Assembly (NCBI GenBank): GCA_003707115.1
Contig: PPNB01000003.1
Location: 62,001-126,000 of the forward strand
Direction: 5' to 3'
Origin: Tortispora ganteri
Lineage: Eukaryota
Length of the DNA stretch: 64,000 bases
The notes under the pieces were generated by a model. The model made no database searches, had not been told where the DNA came from, and saw only the letters and a list, made by a program, of their open reading frames with translations. This document shows positions 31,587 to 41,650 of the stretch, piece by piece (within the stretch, counting starts at the first letter, position 1; the number at the start of each line of letters is the position of its first letter). Made by a program: the position numbers and the translations under genes.

Positions 31587-31727
31587 CTGCACATATCGTT
31601 AGCAGATATAATTTTTCATAGCTTTGCTTGCTTCTCGACATGCATGCGCTTGTATTTTTGTCGGTATATAGTATACCAAACACACCCCCCACAAAGCCTT
31701 TTAGGTTTGACTGAAACAACCACTCAC
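31587..31727 (-). other. Spliceosomal intron-like element (141 nt) in a non-coding region
   Basis: GTGAGT donor at 31727, TGCTAAC branch point at 31604-31598, CAG acceptor ending at 31587. Confidence 0.55.
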
Positions 31728-32260
31728 AAACTCTATCGCATTCTAAGCCTATGCGCAGCTGATTAATTTACTCTTGAAAAAGCCAAAATAAGTTATTTCT
31801 TATCCCTACTTCTTGCTATCCTGCCGCCCAGGCGTAATCGTACCGCCTGGAGCATAGGCCGATCGCTGGCGTGATCCAAAGCGATCACACAGTTACCCAA
31901 CACGAACTTCACCCGCAGCGCATTTTGCATGTATCACACTCGGACGAGCGAACGTCACAGAACTAGGCCAACCATTTCGCTCCTGTCGTCACCAATCAGA
32001 CCTATTGCCGGAACCACAAGGAAACTACGTAGGACCGAAAAATAGAGTGCTAAATCTTAAAATGGCTTGCAAAACTCTATAATAGGACTATGGGTTCCTC
32101 ATAAGCCCCGAGAAACCCGCACCCACCGTCCTAATTGGGGTTTAGGGACCTTTTGGCCTGTCCCTTGCCCTCTTTTACTACCCACATAGCCTATCCGGCA
32201 GCAAAAAAGGCACCACTCTAATCTAAGCTCTAAAAACTCGGCATTTTCTGTCAATTTTCC
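31728..32260 (-). ncRNA. Candidate large structured ncRNA (telomerase-RNA-like); boundaries approximate
   Basis: At least eight hand-paired helices with G-U pairs favouring the minus strand and no ORF. See findings. Confidence 0.45.
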
Positions 32261-32361
32261 CGGAAAAATACACAGTTAATTCACAGGCATTTGTCCCTAG
32301 TGTGGTTTTCCTTCTGATTTTAGCTTTTTTTGTCCCGCATTACCGCGCATCTTTCCAAACT

Positions 32362-33041
32362 GTAAGTATACATCTTTCTTCCTCTTGTCGTCGCCATTCG
32401 CTGTTTACACCCGCTTTGCTCCCCCTCCTCTGTTCTCTGTCTGGGTTTTATTTGGCGTAGCTATTCAGATCGCTCTAGGTTCTCTTGTCTCGGCTGGAAA
32501 ATTTATCTTGCTTCGTCTTGGTTGGTCCACTTATTAAGCCTTCGTCTCTTTCCGCCGCTGGGGGTTTCGGCCTCCTTTCCTCACTTCTCCTCGCCTGTTA
32601 AAACGTTTCTCCACTGTCGCTCCAACTGCTTTTTTGTCACGTGAGGTCTTTTTTTTTTTCCTATCGCGTCATTCGATATTAAGAATTCAGTTCACAATTC
32701 CTGCGAGTTTATCCGCGACGGTTCCCCGGGCGTTTATACTACCCAGAAAAGTAACTTCCAGATGATCAACCTCTCTGCGCATCTAGCTCCAGCATTAATA
32801 CTTAATTTCATTTCGCCGCTACCTCCATCTTTTCAATGTTCGTGACAGATCGGCCCCTTTCGCTATAAAGCCATTCCGCGGCAACTAGCTCTATCGCCGT
32901 CTTGCCCGATCTTTCCGGACTCCCTACGCCCTGACCCTGAACCTGCGTCCTCTCGCTCGCCAGCCCCATCCCCAAAAACGCACTCTACTCCGCACCGTTC
33001 CAACCTTGTCAGCACTCGCATAAACATATTACTAACCTTAG
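32362..33041 (+). other. Probable 5'UTR intron of SWI1 (donor uncertain)
   Basis: GTAAGT at 32362, TACTAAC at 33030-33036, TAG at 33039-33041, 28 nt before the ATG. Confidence 0.5.
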
Positions 33042-33068
33042 GCCCTTAGAGGTTATTTCCGCGTATAG

Positions 33069-35213
33069 ATGTCGGAACCGTGGCTAGGCGATCAAGGCGA
33101 TGATCCTTTGCGCCTAACTGATATCGATGTCCCTCAAAATGATATCTTTGGAATTCAAAACAATCCAATAGATTCCTCACTATTCTCTTCGAACCCTCCT
33201 CACCTCTCTAACCAGCCTTTCAGTTCACTCTCTTCTTCTACTTTCTCAGATTCACAAGACGATTTCTCTTTAGCAAATAATCTGTCTAATCCGTTCAATA
33301 ATTCTAATGTTCCACAACCACAGGTACAGCTGCAACAGTCACAGCAACAACAGCAACAACAGCCGCAGCCGCATCAACAGACGCGACCTATAATGCAGAA
33401 TACCATACATCGACAGGCGCAACAACAAACCCACCAAACGCCTTTTGGTGCCTCTCCGCCTGCCATCGCTTCTCCAGCCCATGAACTCTTTTCCATGCCT
33501 GCGAATCAGATGCTCGATGCGAAAAGGCATAGAACGTCATCCGCAGACAGTGCTGTTTTCTCTCAGTATCAAGCATCACAAGCTCCCCAAGTTCAGCAGA
33601 GTCATCAAGTTCCGCAAGGTTCGCAAGGTTCGCAAGGTCCACAAAGCCATCAAGTACCACAATCTCCTCTACACAATCCTGCAAGGCCTGTAAGACCCTC
33701 AGACAATTACCAGCGAGACTTGCAGTACGCCCAGCGTATGCAAAATCAATATGGTCATGCTTCTCCTGCTGCATCATCCTCTCCTTCTCACAATACTCAG
33801 CAAACACAACAAACACAAACGCAACACCTGCAGCAAAAACAGCAACAACAACCCGCACAACAACGACAACAGCAACTAGCGCAACAGCGACAGCGACAAC
33901 CATCACACCAATCGCAACAGGTATATATACAGGATCAGCAACCCATGCGCCAGATGGCTCAACAGCAACAGCAACAGCAACAGCAGCAGCAGCAACAGCA
34001 GCAACAGCAGTACTTGCAAAATAACAGGAATAGAGATTATGCCCCTATTCCAAATCAATCAGGTGTCCAACCTGGAGCTTTTCAAGGTTCACAACAGTAT
34101 AAAGATATACAAGCAGCCCCTTCCCCTTCCCAAATGGCCAATGCCTCCATTCCGACGGGTTCTCGCCCTCGTAACCAAATCCCTCAGTATTCTCCGCCGC
34201 AGACGCCGTCACAACCACAACAAATGCAGCAAAACATGCAACAAAATTTGCAGCAGAGAAATCCAAATCAGCGATTCTCGCCTCAAATGGTCCTCCCCTC
34301 TGAGAATAAACCTAACGCTGGCCAGCAGCAGCGCCAGTCGACTGTTCCTCAGAATCGGCCGCGGCTTACTCCCAGACAACAACAGTTTTTAGTTGAACAA
34401 GTTCAACTAAAGGTGAGAACCGGTGAGATCGCAGCTGATAAGAACGGGAAACCAAGGCCTACGCCCCAAGAACTGCATCGAATTGTCCAAGAGAATATAT
34501 CTCATTTTGCTGCGTTAGGGCAACAAACTGCAGGAAGTCCTGGTGCGAATGTCATAAATAACATCGGACCACCAAGGAACGCTATTGGAACCCCCGGCGA
34601 CCTAAATGGGTCTTTTCCGACTACTGACCCTCAAGTTGGCCCTGCTTCTGTTTCTAGCACGGCCATGGGTCAACGCACAAAAGGATCTACGTCGAACGAT
34701 ATGCAAAACTCTCAAACTGCTAGTAGCCCTATGGACTGGGCCAGAGCACAAGGATCTCCTGCTATGGATCACCAAGATGCTTCAAGTTCCCGTGCTAATG
34801 TCAATCAAGAAACTAGCATTAAAATGAATAAAATGAGCGCGCAACCTCCAGGCATGCTAGGCTCTGTCACTTCCACCAGCCAACAAAATGCCGTTCCTGG
34901 AGAGCAATTCATTAAAAGTCTTTTCGACTTTATGCGTAAGCGCGGAACTCCTATCACTTCCTGGCCTACGCTAAACAATCGCAAGTTTCCTCTGGTATCT
35001 TTATATTTCCAGGTTATGAAACTCGGCGGTTCAAGGGCTGTCACCTCTAAAGGGATGTGGCCTGCCGTTGTTAGAGAGCTTGGCTACGATGCTACTAATG
35101 AGCCTCATATATTGGACCAGGTGATGCTCATATATCAAAATTTTCTTCAATCTTACGAGACCGCCTGGATCAGTAACATGCAGAAGCAACCTATGCTCAG
35201 ACAACAGAGACAA

Positions 35214-35250
<37 letters not shown>

Positions 35251-35264
35251 AACAACAACAACAA

Positions 35265-35296
<32 letters not shown>

Positions 35297-37886
35297 ATAC
35301 CTCGGTGGGCAAATGCCATCACAGAACTTTCCACCCGAAGCGCAAAATCGGCGACAATCATCTGCTGGCTCACCACCCCAAATACTTCAAGGACAACAGC
35401 AGAGAGTGAAAGGCCTTCAGCCATCTATAGCCCCTCAACCACAGACTCCAATGAGTGCGTCTGCTCTGAGTCCGGCAGCTGCTACTCCAGGAGCCTCAAT
35501 TATGATGCAAGCCGGCATGCGACAGCAACAAGATAGTCACATACCTGAGCGAACGAACAATTTTGGATTTTCTGAAGTTCAAAATAGTTCTAACTCTGCG
35601 ACACCTATGGGCTCTAAAGGGATTGAACATAAAGAACTGAACAGTTTGGCTGAAACTGAATTCCAAGGTCTGTCTCAGCAGAAGGTGTCGCTGCAGTTAT
35701 CGCAGAATTCTCCTATTCCAAGGCCAGATTCAGTCCAGTTGAGACGGCCCAGTGGCAATTTTCCGGATTCTGTTTCTAGCACAGTATCTTTTGGTCGCGG
35801 TGATGGTTCGGATGGATTTCAAACACCAAGACCCATTGCTGCTATCACACCGGGCACAGGGATGGGCGGGCCTAGAAATGCGGCACCTCCACCTAGTGAA
35901 AAGAAGAGAAAGCAAAGGTCGAACTCACAGCTTTCTGGACCCTCTTCAGTGAGACAGAAAACTGCTGCTAATAGTCCTGCTACTGCGTATTCTCCGGCCA
36001 ATTCCAAGGCGCCCACTCCGTCTTCGACCGTCGCTGTTGATATTGCTCAAGATCCCGCAGAACCTAGTGAGCGGATTCTTGCTATAGGTACACCTTCTTC
36101 CGATGTTATACCAGATGAGAAGTCTGTCGATGGGATGGAAAAACACTACACCGACTGTTATATACCGAAAACAGGATTTTTGGATGGGCTAGGTGGAGTT
36201 GATCCGCGCTCCCTTGCAGCAGCTGGTACAGAATCAGAATTTTTAAACCCTCCTTTTCCTACGTTGCACGAGCTTGGCGAGGTGAATCTCCATGCTATTA
36301 CAATGGGCCTAAGAAGCGGTATAGATGGAGAAGTTAGACAAAGTCTTAACACGTTAATTCTTCTTTCTTCAGATCCAAATATACCGTTGCCTTTGCAGAC
36401 ATGCCCTGGACTGTTAGATGCTCTTGTTGATTATGCTACTGCGCAACTTGACGAATTAATATCCCTACAATCTAAAGGGATGAACGAGTTTAATCCGGCT
36501 AAACTTTGCATGGGTGAAGAGCCATACGACGAAGTGCGGCTGCGACTAGTTTCATACTCCTTTCTGTTAGACGAAGGTCGGGAAAATATTGATCTTGCCA
36601 CCAATGTACCTGATGTCATTTCGGATGAATGGAAACGAGAGCTTGCCTCATTGCGATTACTCAGTGTGATGCTTGTGCTTCGTAATGCGTCATTCAACAA
36701 TCTTAACAGTCAGTTGATGAGCGCTGATAGTGACACGTTTGATTTCATGTTGCGCCTAGCTAATTGTTTATTGGAGAACTCATACTGGCGTGCAAGTTTG
36801 AAGCGAAAACTTGGGGATGCCATTTACCAGGAAAAGCAGGACGAAGCTGTAATGCGCATTGTTCGACCTGTACTATTCTCCTATACCAATTCACTGGATT
36901 GTCTGAAAGATGTTGTGACAATACTGTCCAATATCGCACACTATGCCATGGTTAGATCAGAGTTTGATGCACGCGTTATATTGACGCTGGCATTAACGTT
37001 TGCACCTGACCCCGATCCATTCGATAGTCACGCTGTAATTCAAGAGAATGGAGATAAAATTGTGACCACTCCCGGAAGTCTCAACGAAGGACTCTTTTTC
37101 GTTTCCTACAATCCAGGTGTTCACAGATATCTAGGAGTTGCGATTGATTTCTTCACCAAATTTCTAGTGAAAGACGGGCAATGTCATTTCTATTTTGAAA
37201 AGATGTTGAAGGGATCGAGATTTCAGCCTCTAGGAAAGCCAGAATTGTATAACCTGACACGAATGTTCGGGATGGCTATTTCCACATTACCAAGAAGTGA
37301 CCTTGGTGTTATTCCCAGAGTGTTTGAGTCTAGAAGGGCTCTTCTCGAGCAAAGTTGGTTAGCTGCGGATATGTTAGCGCGAATGCTACCGGAGTATGAC
37401 AGTGGAGTTGCGGATGCGGATAAGGCGGAAGTTGAAGGCCAAACGGATAATTTGATTAAGAACAATGAGATGGCCAAGTTGTGGCTTAATTCAAGGGACG
37501 GGTTCGCAACGTGTATATTAAGGGTTGCGCTGTCACTTGGAGCCATAATGGTCCCCCCTCCTGCTGTACCCGCTGGAGGGATAGCAGGAAACAGACGAAA
37601 CATTCCTGTATTTGAGCCCAATCCGTTCTCTCGACTAACACAGAGAGGGATGTCTATTCTGTTGACTCTTTGCAGCAAAGCTTTTGGTAAAAGTGGAGCC
37701 AGAAGCGCTGTCAGTGAAACTACTACGGTTCCTATGCATCAGTCAGGATCAACATCAGTGCTACCTCTTGGAATGATACCTAAAGATGATGCTATGCTTG
37801 GTGCATTGTTGGCGGTACAGATGGATCCTGTTGTTGTGCAGCAATTGTGCACATTGGTACCGGATACGCTCCAGAGTGTAGTTTAG
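33069..37886 (+). CDS. SWI1: SWI/SNF ARID subunit Swi1/Sol1
   Basis: Q-rich N-terminus, ARID (FIKSLFDFMRKRGTPI..LYFQVMKLGG..W..V..LG..Y..FL..YE) and a BAF250-like C-terminal region (LGEVNLHAITMGLRSGIDGEVRQSL, LRNASF). Confidence 0.9.
35211..35297 (+). repeat. CAG/CAA poly-Gln tract (second tract at ~33960-34010)
   Basis: Uninterrupted CAR codons. Confidence 0.95.
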
Positions 37887-38110
37887 CATTTTTTTTTTTT
37901 CACACGACAGACATTGCGCTAATGACCTAGCTGAGAAAGGACTACGTTGAAAGATTAAGGAAAACGAATGGAAGTCGCGGAGACACTGGGATCTATGTAT
38001 ACTAATTTTTCTATTTGCGAAGATGGGGCATATATTTATCTTGCCTACTATGACGTCTAATTTTAATGATAAGTATGTGTATATATACATAATGCTAAAT
38101 TGGTAACATA

Positions 38111-38518
38111 TTAAAAGACTGTAGACAATAGATCGTTAAGTTGAGAGGCATGATTTCCTTTGATTGTTATTTTTGAATGGCGTAGACTGATATCGTCTAG
38201 AGGTATTTGCAGGGCTTTTGCGAGGTCGTGACGGAACAGTGCGGGGTTGCCTTGAATCTTGCGGATTATAGTGAGGTACCTCGAGCCTGCGTTTCGCCGT
38301 TCTGTGTATATAGGCAGCTTATTTCCTATGGTGGTTCTCGGCAGGAAATAGTAGTTCTGGTTCTGAGCGAAAGATGACTGTAAAGTCATTTCTGAAGAAG
38401 AAGTACGAGCGGCAGGTAGACGACCCTTAGAGGTCGCTTTCGCTCCATGATACCATGGAATTTTTGATAGCGAAGAGGACTTTGCCGCAGCGCTGTACAG
38501 GCGACGGAACTGAAGCAT
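38111..38518 (-). CDS. IMG2: Mitochondrial ribosomal protein mL49/Img2
   Basis: Mitochondrial presequence and YFLPRT..NKLPIY..G.R.LTIIRKIQGN..ITIKGNH. Confidence 0.9.
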   Translation of the reverse strand: MLQFRRLYSAAAKSSSLSKIPWYHGAKATSKGRLPAARTSSSEMTLQSSFAQNQNYYFLPRTTIGNKLPIYTERRNAGSRYLTIIRKIQGNPALFRHDLAKALQIPLDDISLRHSKITIKGNHASQLNDLLSTVF

Positions 38519-38732
38519 TCCGGGGGGTTTATTGCGACAAGTATATGTGCACTAGTTGTCGTATATAATAAGGTGAAGTTCGGTGAAAGGATTATTTCAG
38601 ATGGAGTTGGGCGTAGGGCTAGTTTCCATAGCAACACAATTTGTTTAAGAAAGAGAAATTTTGAACGAGAGAGGGCTATTTACCACCTTTAGCCGTTGTA
38701 TATTGCGACGTTCTTAAGGGAAAATTTAAGAA

Positions 38733-40094
38733 ATGACGAGCGGTATAGTTGATTTAACAGAAGCATCCGAGCTCGCGAAGAAATATGATATCAGCTCTGA
38801 TGTACTGGAGCACCTTGACCGGCACCTTGTAGTTGCAGTTATCGAGAGTCTTATACAGAGCAAGATGTACGCGGAGACGGAGCTGAAGAATGGACTTTGT
38901 GAGGTTATTTCACAAACAAGATTGGTTAAAAAGAAGGCTGAACTGAATGGAACTACTGTGAACCAAGTCGAAGTTGATGCAATCGAGACGGATTTGAAAA
39001 AGCTGAAAGACGCAGCTAAGTTTGACGCGATATTCAGCGAAGAGATGACCACTGCATTGAAAGAAAAGAGTGAATTAGAAGGTGTTCACGAAATCGGTAG
39101 CCAGGGATTGGCTTATTTTGAAAAGTTCGGTATCTCCCAGAACGAGATCGATAGCTTGTACGAGTATGGTCAGTTATTGTATGAGACTGGGAAGTACACT
39201 GAAGCCGCTGAAGTGCTAGAACGATTTGCCTTATTCAATAAAGCCAGCGAGAAGGCACATTCTGCAGTCTGGGGAAGCTTTGCATCGAGGCTGCTTGCGG
39301 AAGACTACGCAGGTGCTGCTATATCTCTGGAAACTCTCAGGGAGATTGTCGACAATGGCGTAGAGTACGCTACGAATCCACAGAAACAATTGACTAGCAG
39401 GATTTGGATTGTCCACTGGAGTCTGTTTTTCTTACTCAACGGAAGGGATGGACAAGCTGTATTCTGCGACTTATGTTTATCACGAGAATATATTAATGCG
39501 ATACAGAATGGGTGTCCGTGGATTTTGCGATACCTTGTTGGCGCTGCTGTGAGTAGCAGGCAGCGGTTTGTTGGAGAGAATAATCAACGGGCTGGAACAT
39601 TATCGGCAGCTACCAGTTCATATCAAAGACTAATCAGAGACGTTGTCCGGTCGGCTAAAGTCGAACTGCATGAATACAGCGACCCCGTTGTTGAGTTCGT
39701 TACCTCCCTTTATGTTGACTTCGACTTCGAGGTCGCACAGTTAAAATTGCACGAGGCTGAACAGATTCTGCGCTGCGACCTGTTTTTGTGCGGGATCGCA
39801 GATTCATTCCTCGAAAGCTCGCGACATTTGATCTCGGAGATATATTGCCGCATTCACCAGCGCATCGATCTGTCGGACTTGAGCTCGAGACTTGGTCTGA
39901 CTGCAGATGAAGGTGAAAAGTGGATTGCCAATCTCATCAAAGACACGCGAAGAGTTGATGCTAAAATTGACTACTCTGCAAACAGCGTCGTTATGAACCA
40001 TCCACCGTCTAGCGTTTACCAACAGGTCATCGAGAAGACCAAGGGCATTGCATTCAAGACACTGCACACTCTAAACCATTCAGTGGCTGAGTAA
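38733..40094 (+). CDS. INT6: Translation initiation factor eIF3 subunit e (Int6)
   Basis: HLDRHLV, RIWIVHWSLF, YINAIQ..CPWILRYL, YCRIHQRID, EKWIANLI and SVYQQVIEKTKG motifs. Confidence 0.96.
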   Translation: MTSGIVDLTEASELAKKYDISSDVLEHLDRHLVVAVIESLIQSKMYAETELKNGLCEVISQTRLVKKKAELNGTTVNQVEVDAIETDLKKLKDAAKFDAIFSEEMTTALKEKSELEGVHEIGSQGLAYFEKFGISQNEIDSLYEYGQLLYETGKYTEAAEVLERFALFNKASEKAHSAVWGSFASRLLAEDYAGAAISLETLREIVDNGVEYATNPQKQLTSRIWIVHWSLFFLLNGRDGQAVFCDLCLSREYINAIQNGCPWILRYLVGAAVSSRQRFVGENNQRAGTLSAATSSYQRLIRDVVRSAKVELHEYSDPVVEFVTSLYVDFDFEVAQLKLHEAEQILRCDLFLCGIADSFLESSRHLISEIYCRIHQRIDLSDLSSRLGLTADEGEKWIANLIKDTRRVDAKIDYSANSVVMNHPPSSVYQQVIEKTKGIAFKTLHTLNHSVAE

Positions 40095-41158
40095 ATGAAG
40101 AGAACGCGCAACTTGCAACGTGCAGTTATTTCCTTCCACGTGACTATGAAGTCGAATTAATAGACCTTGTGCCTATGGTTATTCTTATCTGTCGCTCATT
40201 TACCGAGCAACCTTAGATCGGATCGTATGATTTAGACGGTTCGTCAAAACTGCGCAAATTAGAATTCTTTGGCGCGGTTGACCAATCAAAAGCGATTTAG
40301 CTCTGACTCCTTTGGGATGACTCAAGGTTTATACTGATTTGCCTTATATATTAAGCAGCGGATAAATTTCGGAAATGCATACGTAGTCTATAAAACGATC
40401 TCACAAATGTCGCCGCCAACCGAATACTCATAATATTCGTGCATTGATAATCAAATTAGTTGGCGTATTTTTCTATTTTCCTCATTTCTGTCGCTACCCA
40501 ATGGAAGCGCCAATGTAGTGGTGGAGAAGTTTTGTACAGTTGAACTGCTAGAAACTTCTATAAGTTTTTCATTTGCTCATCTATATCGAACTTTAATTAG
40601 AATTAAGTTTGAACCTGGCATCTCCTGCTGCGTGATAAAAGGGAGATCTTACTCCACGTGTGTACAATATTAACCCCTTTTGCGCTCGACAGCTGACAGC
40701 AACAAAAAATTGCTGTTAAATAAATGAAATTATTATATAAGGCCTTCCTTCTGAGTCTGAAATTTTGTAGATCAGCTGATATATATCTGTTAACCAACCA
40801 TCTTCCGACATCGTAGGTGGCTTAAACTTTGTTTAAGGTTTACATATTGAAACTATTAATCGGCATATTCGGGAATCCGAACACCCGTAATACATGGATA
40901 AAATGAAATAATATAAATACTTGTTTGTCCCCTTTTGATATCCTCTTTAATTGATCTAATTTGTACAGAAAATATCAATTTCAAGTTATTAGATTTAATT
41001 GATCTGGTTGATTCACCGCTGGCCAGTCATATGAATCATCCATAGAACATCTATATTTTCGTCTCATTTTCGATTTTCTTTTTCCCATCTCGCGGATTTT
41101 CCTCAACTATCATCCTATCCCTACATCTGTGTAAAGGCACATTAGTCAATTTCTCAAG

Positions 41159-41645
41159 GTAAGCTTACTATTCTTCTTTTGATGCAGGAAATCACTATTT
41201 GCATGTGTTTAGTTGTATATTCCTTTGTTCCTATTTACTGATTGCACATTGATCTTACTGGTCATGTAATCGCTTACTGGCTTACTTACTCTAATTGATT
41301 GTCACCAGTATGTTATTGAATTGCAATTGAATATCTCCTATAATTTGTCAATTCCCTATTATGCCATGTTCTATATTTACCAAGTCTTTACTTCTACTTC
41401 TAAACTCCGTTAGCACAATCATCGGATTTAATTAACCTCTATTGTTCCGAAACCTCCCAGTACAGGAGGAGATCTTCCGATTCGTTAATAACGTTGCGCA
41501 TGCCTAAAGCTTATGGCACATCACTCGATCACATGACCCACAATCCAAGTATTTTTGGCAGTATCACAATCTTGAATTACGCTATCGCTATTTAACACTT
41601 GCATTATCTATCACTTCATCTTAGCTAGTACTAACTCATTTATAG
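41159..41645 (+). other. Probable 5'UTR intron of the YTP1-like gene
   Basis: AG|GTAAGC at 41159 (alternative GTATGT at 41308), TACTAAC at 41629-41635, TAG ending at 41645, 5 nt before the ATG. Confidence 0.6.
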
Positions 41646-41650
41646 TCCTA

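Noticed and set aside
32311..32369. Minus-strand ATACTTAC plus AATCAGAAG resembling the U1 snRNA 5' end and 70K loop
   Set aside because: It continues AG rather than CT and no stem closes the loop. It is simply the complement of a GTAAGTAT donor.
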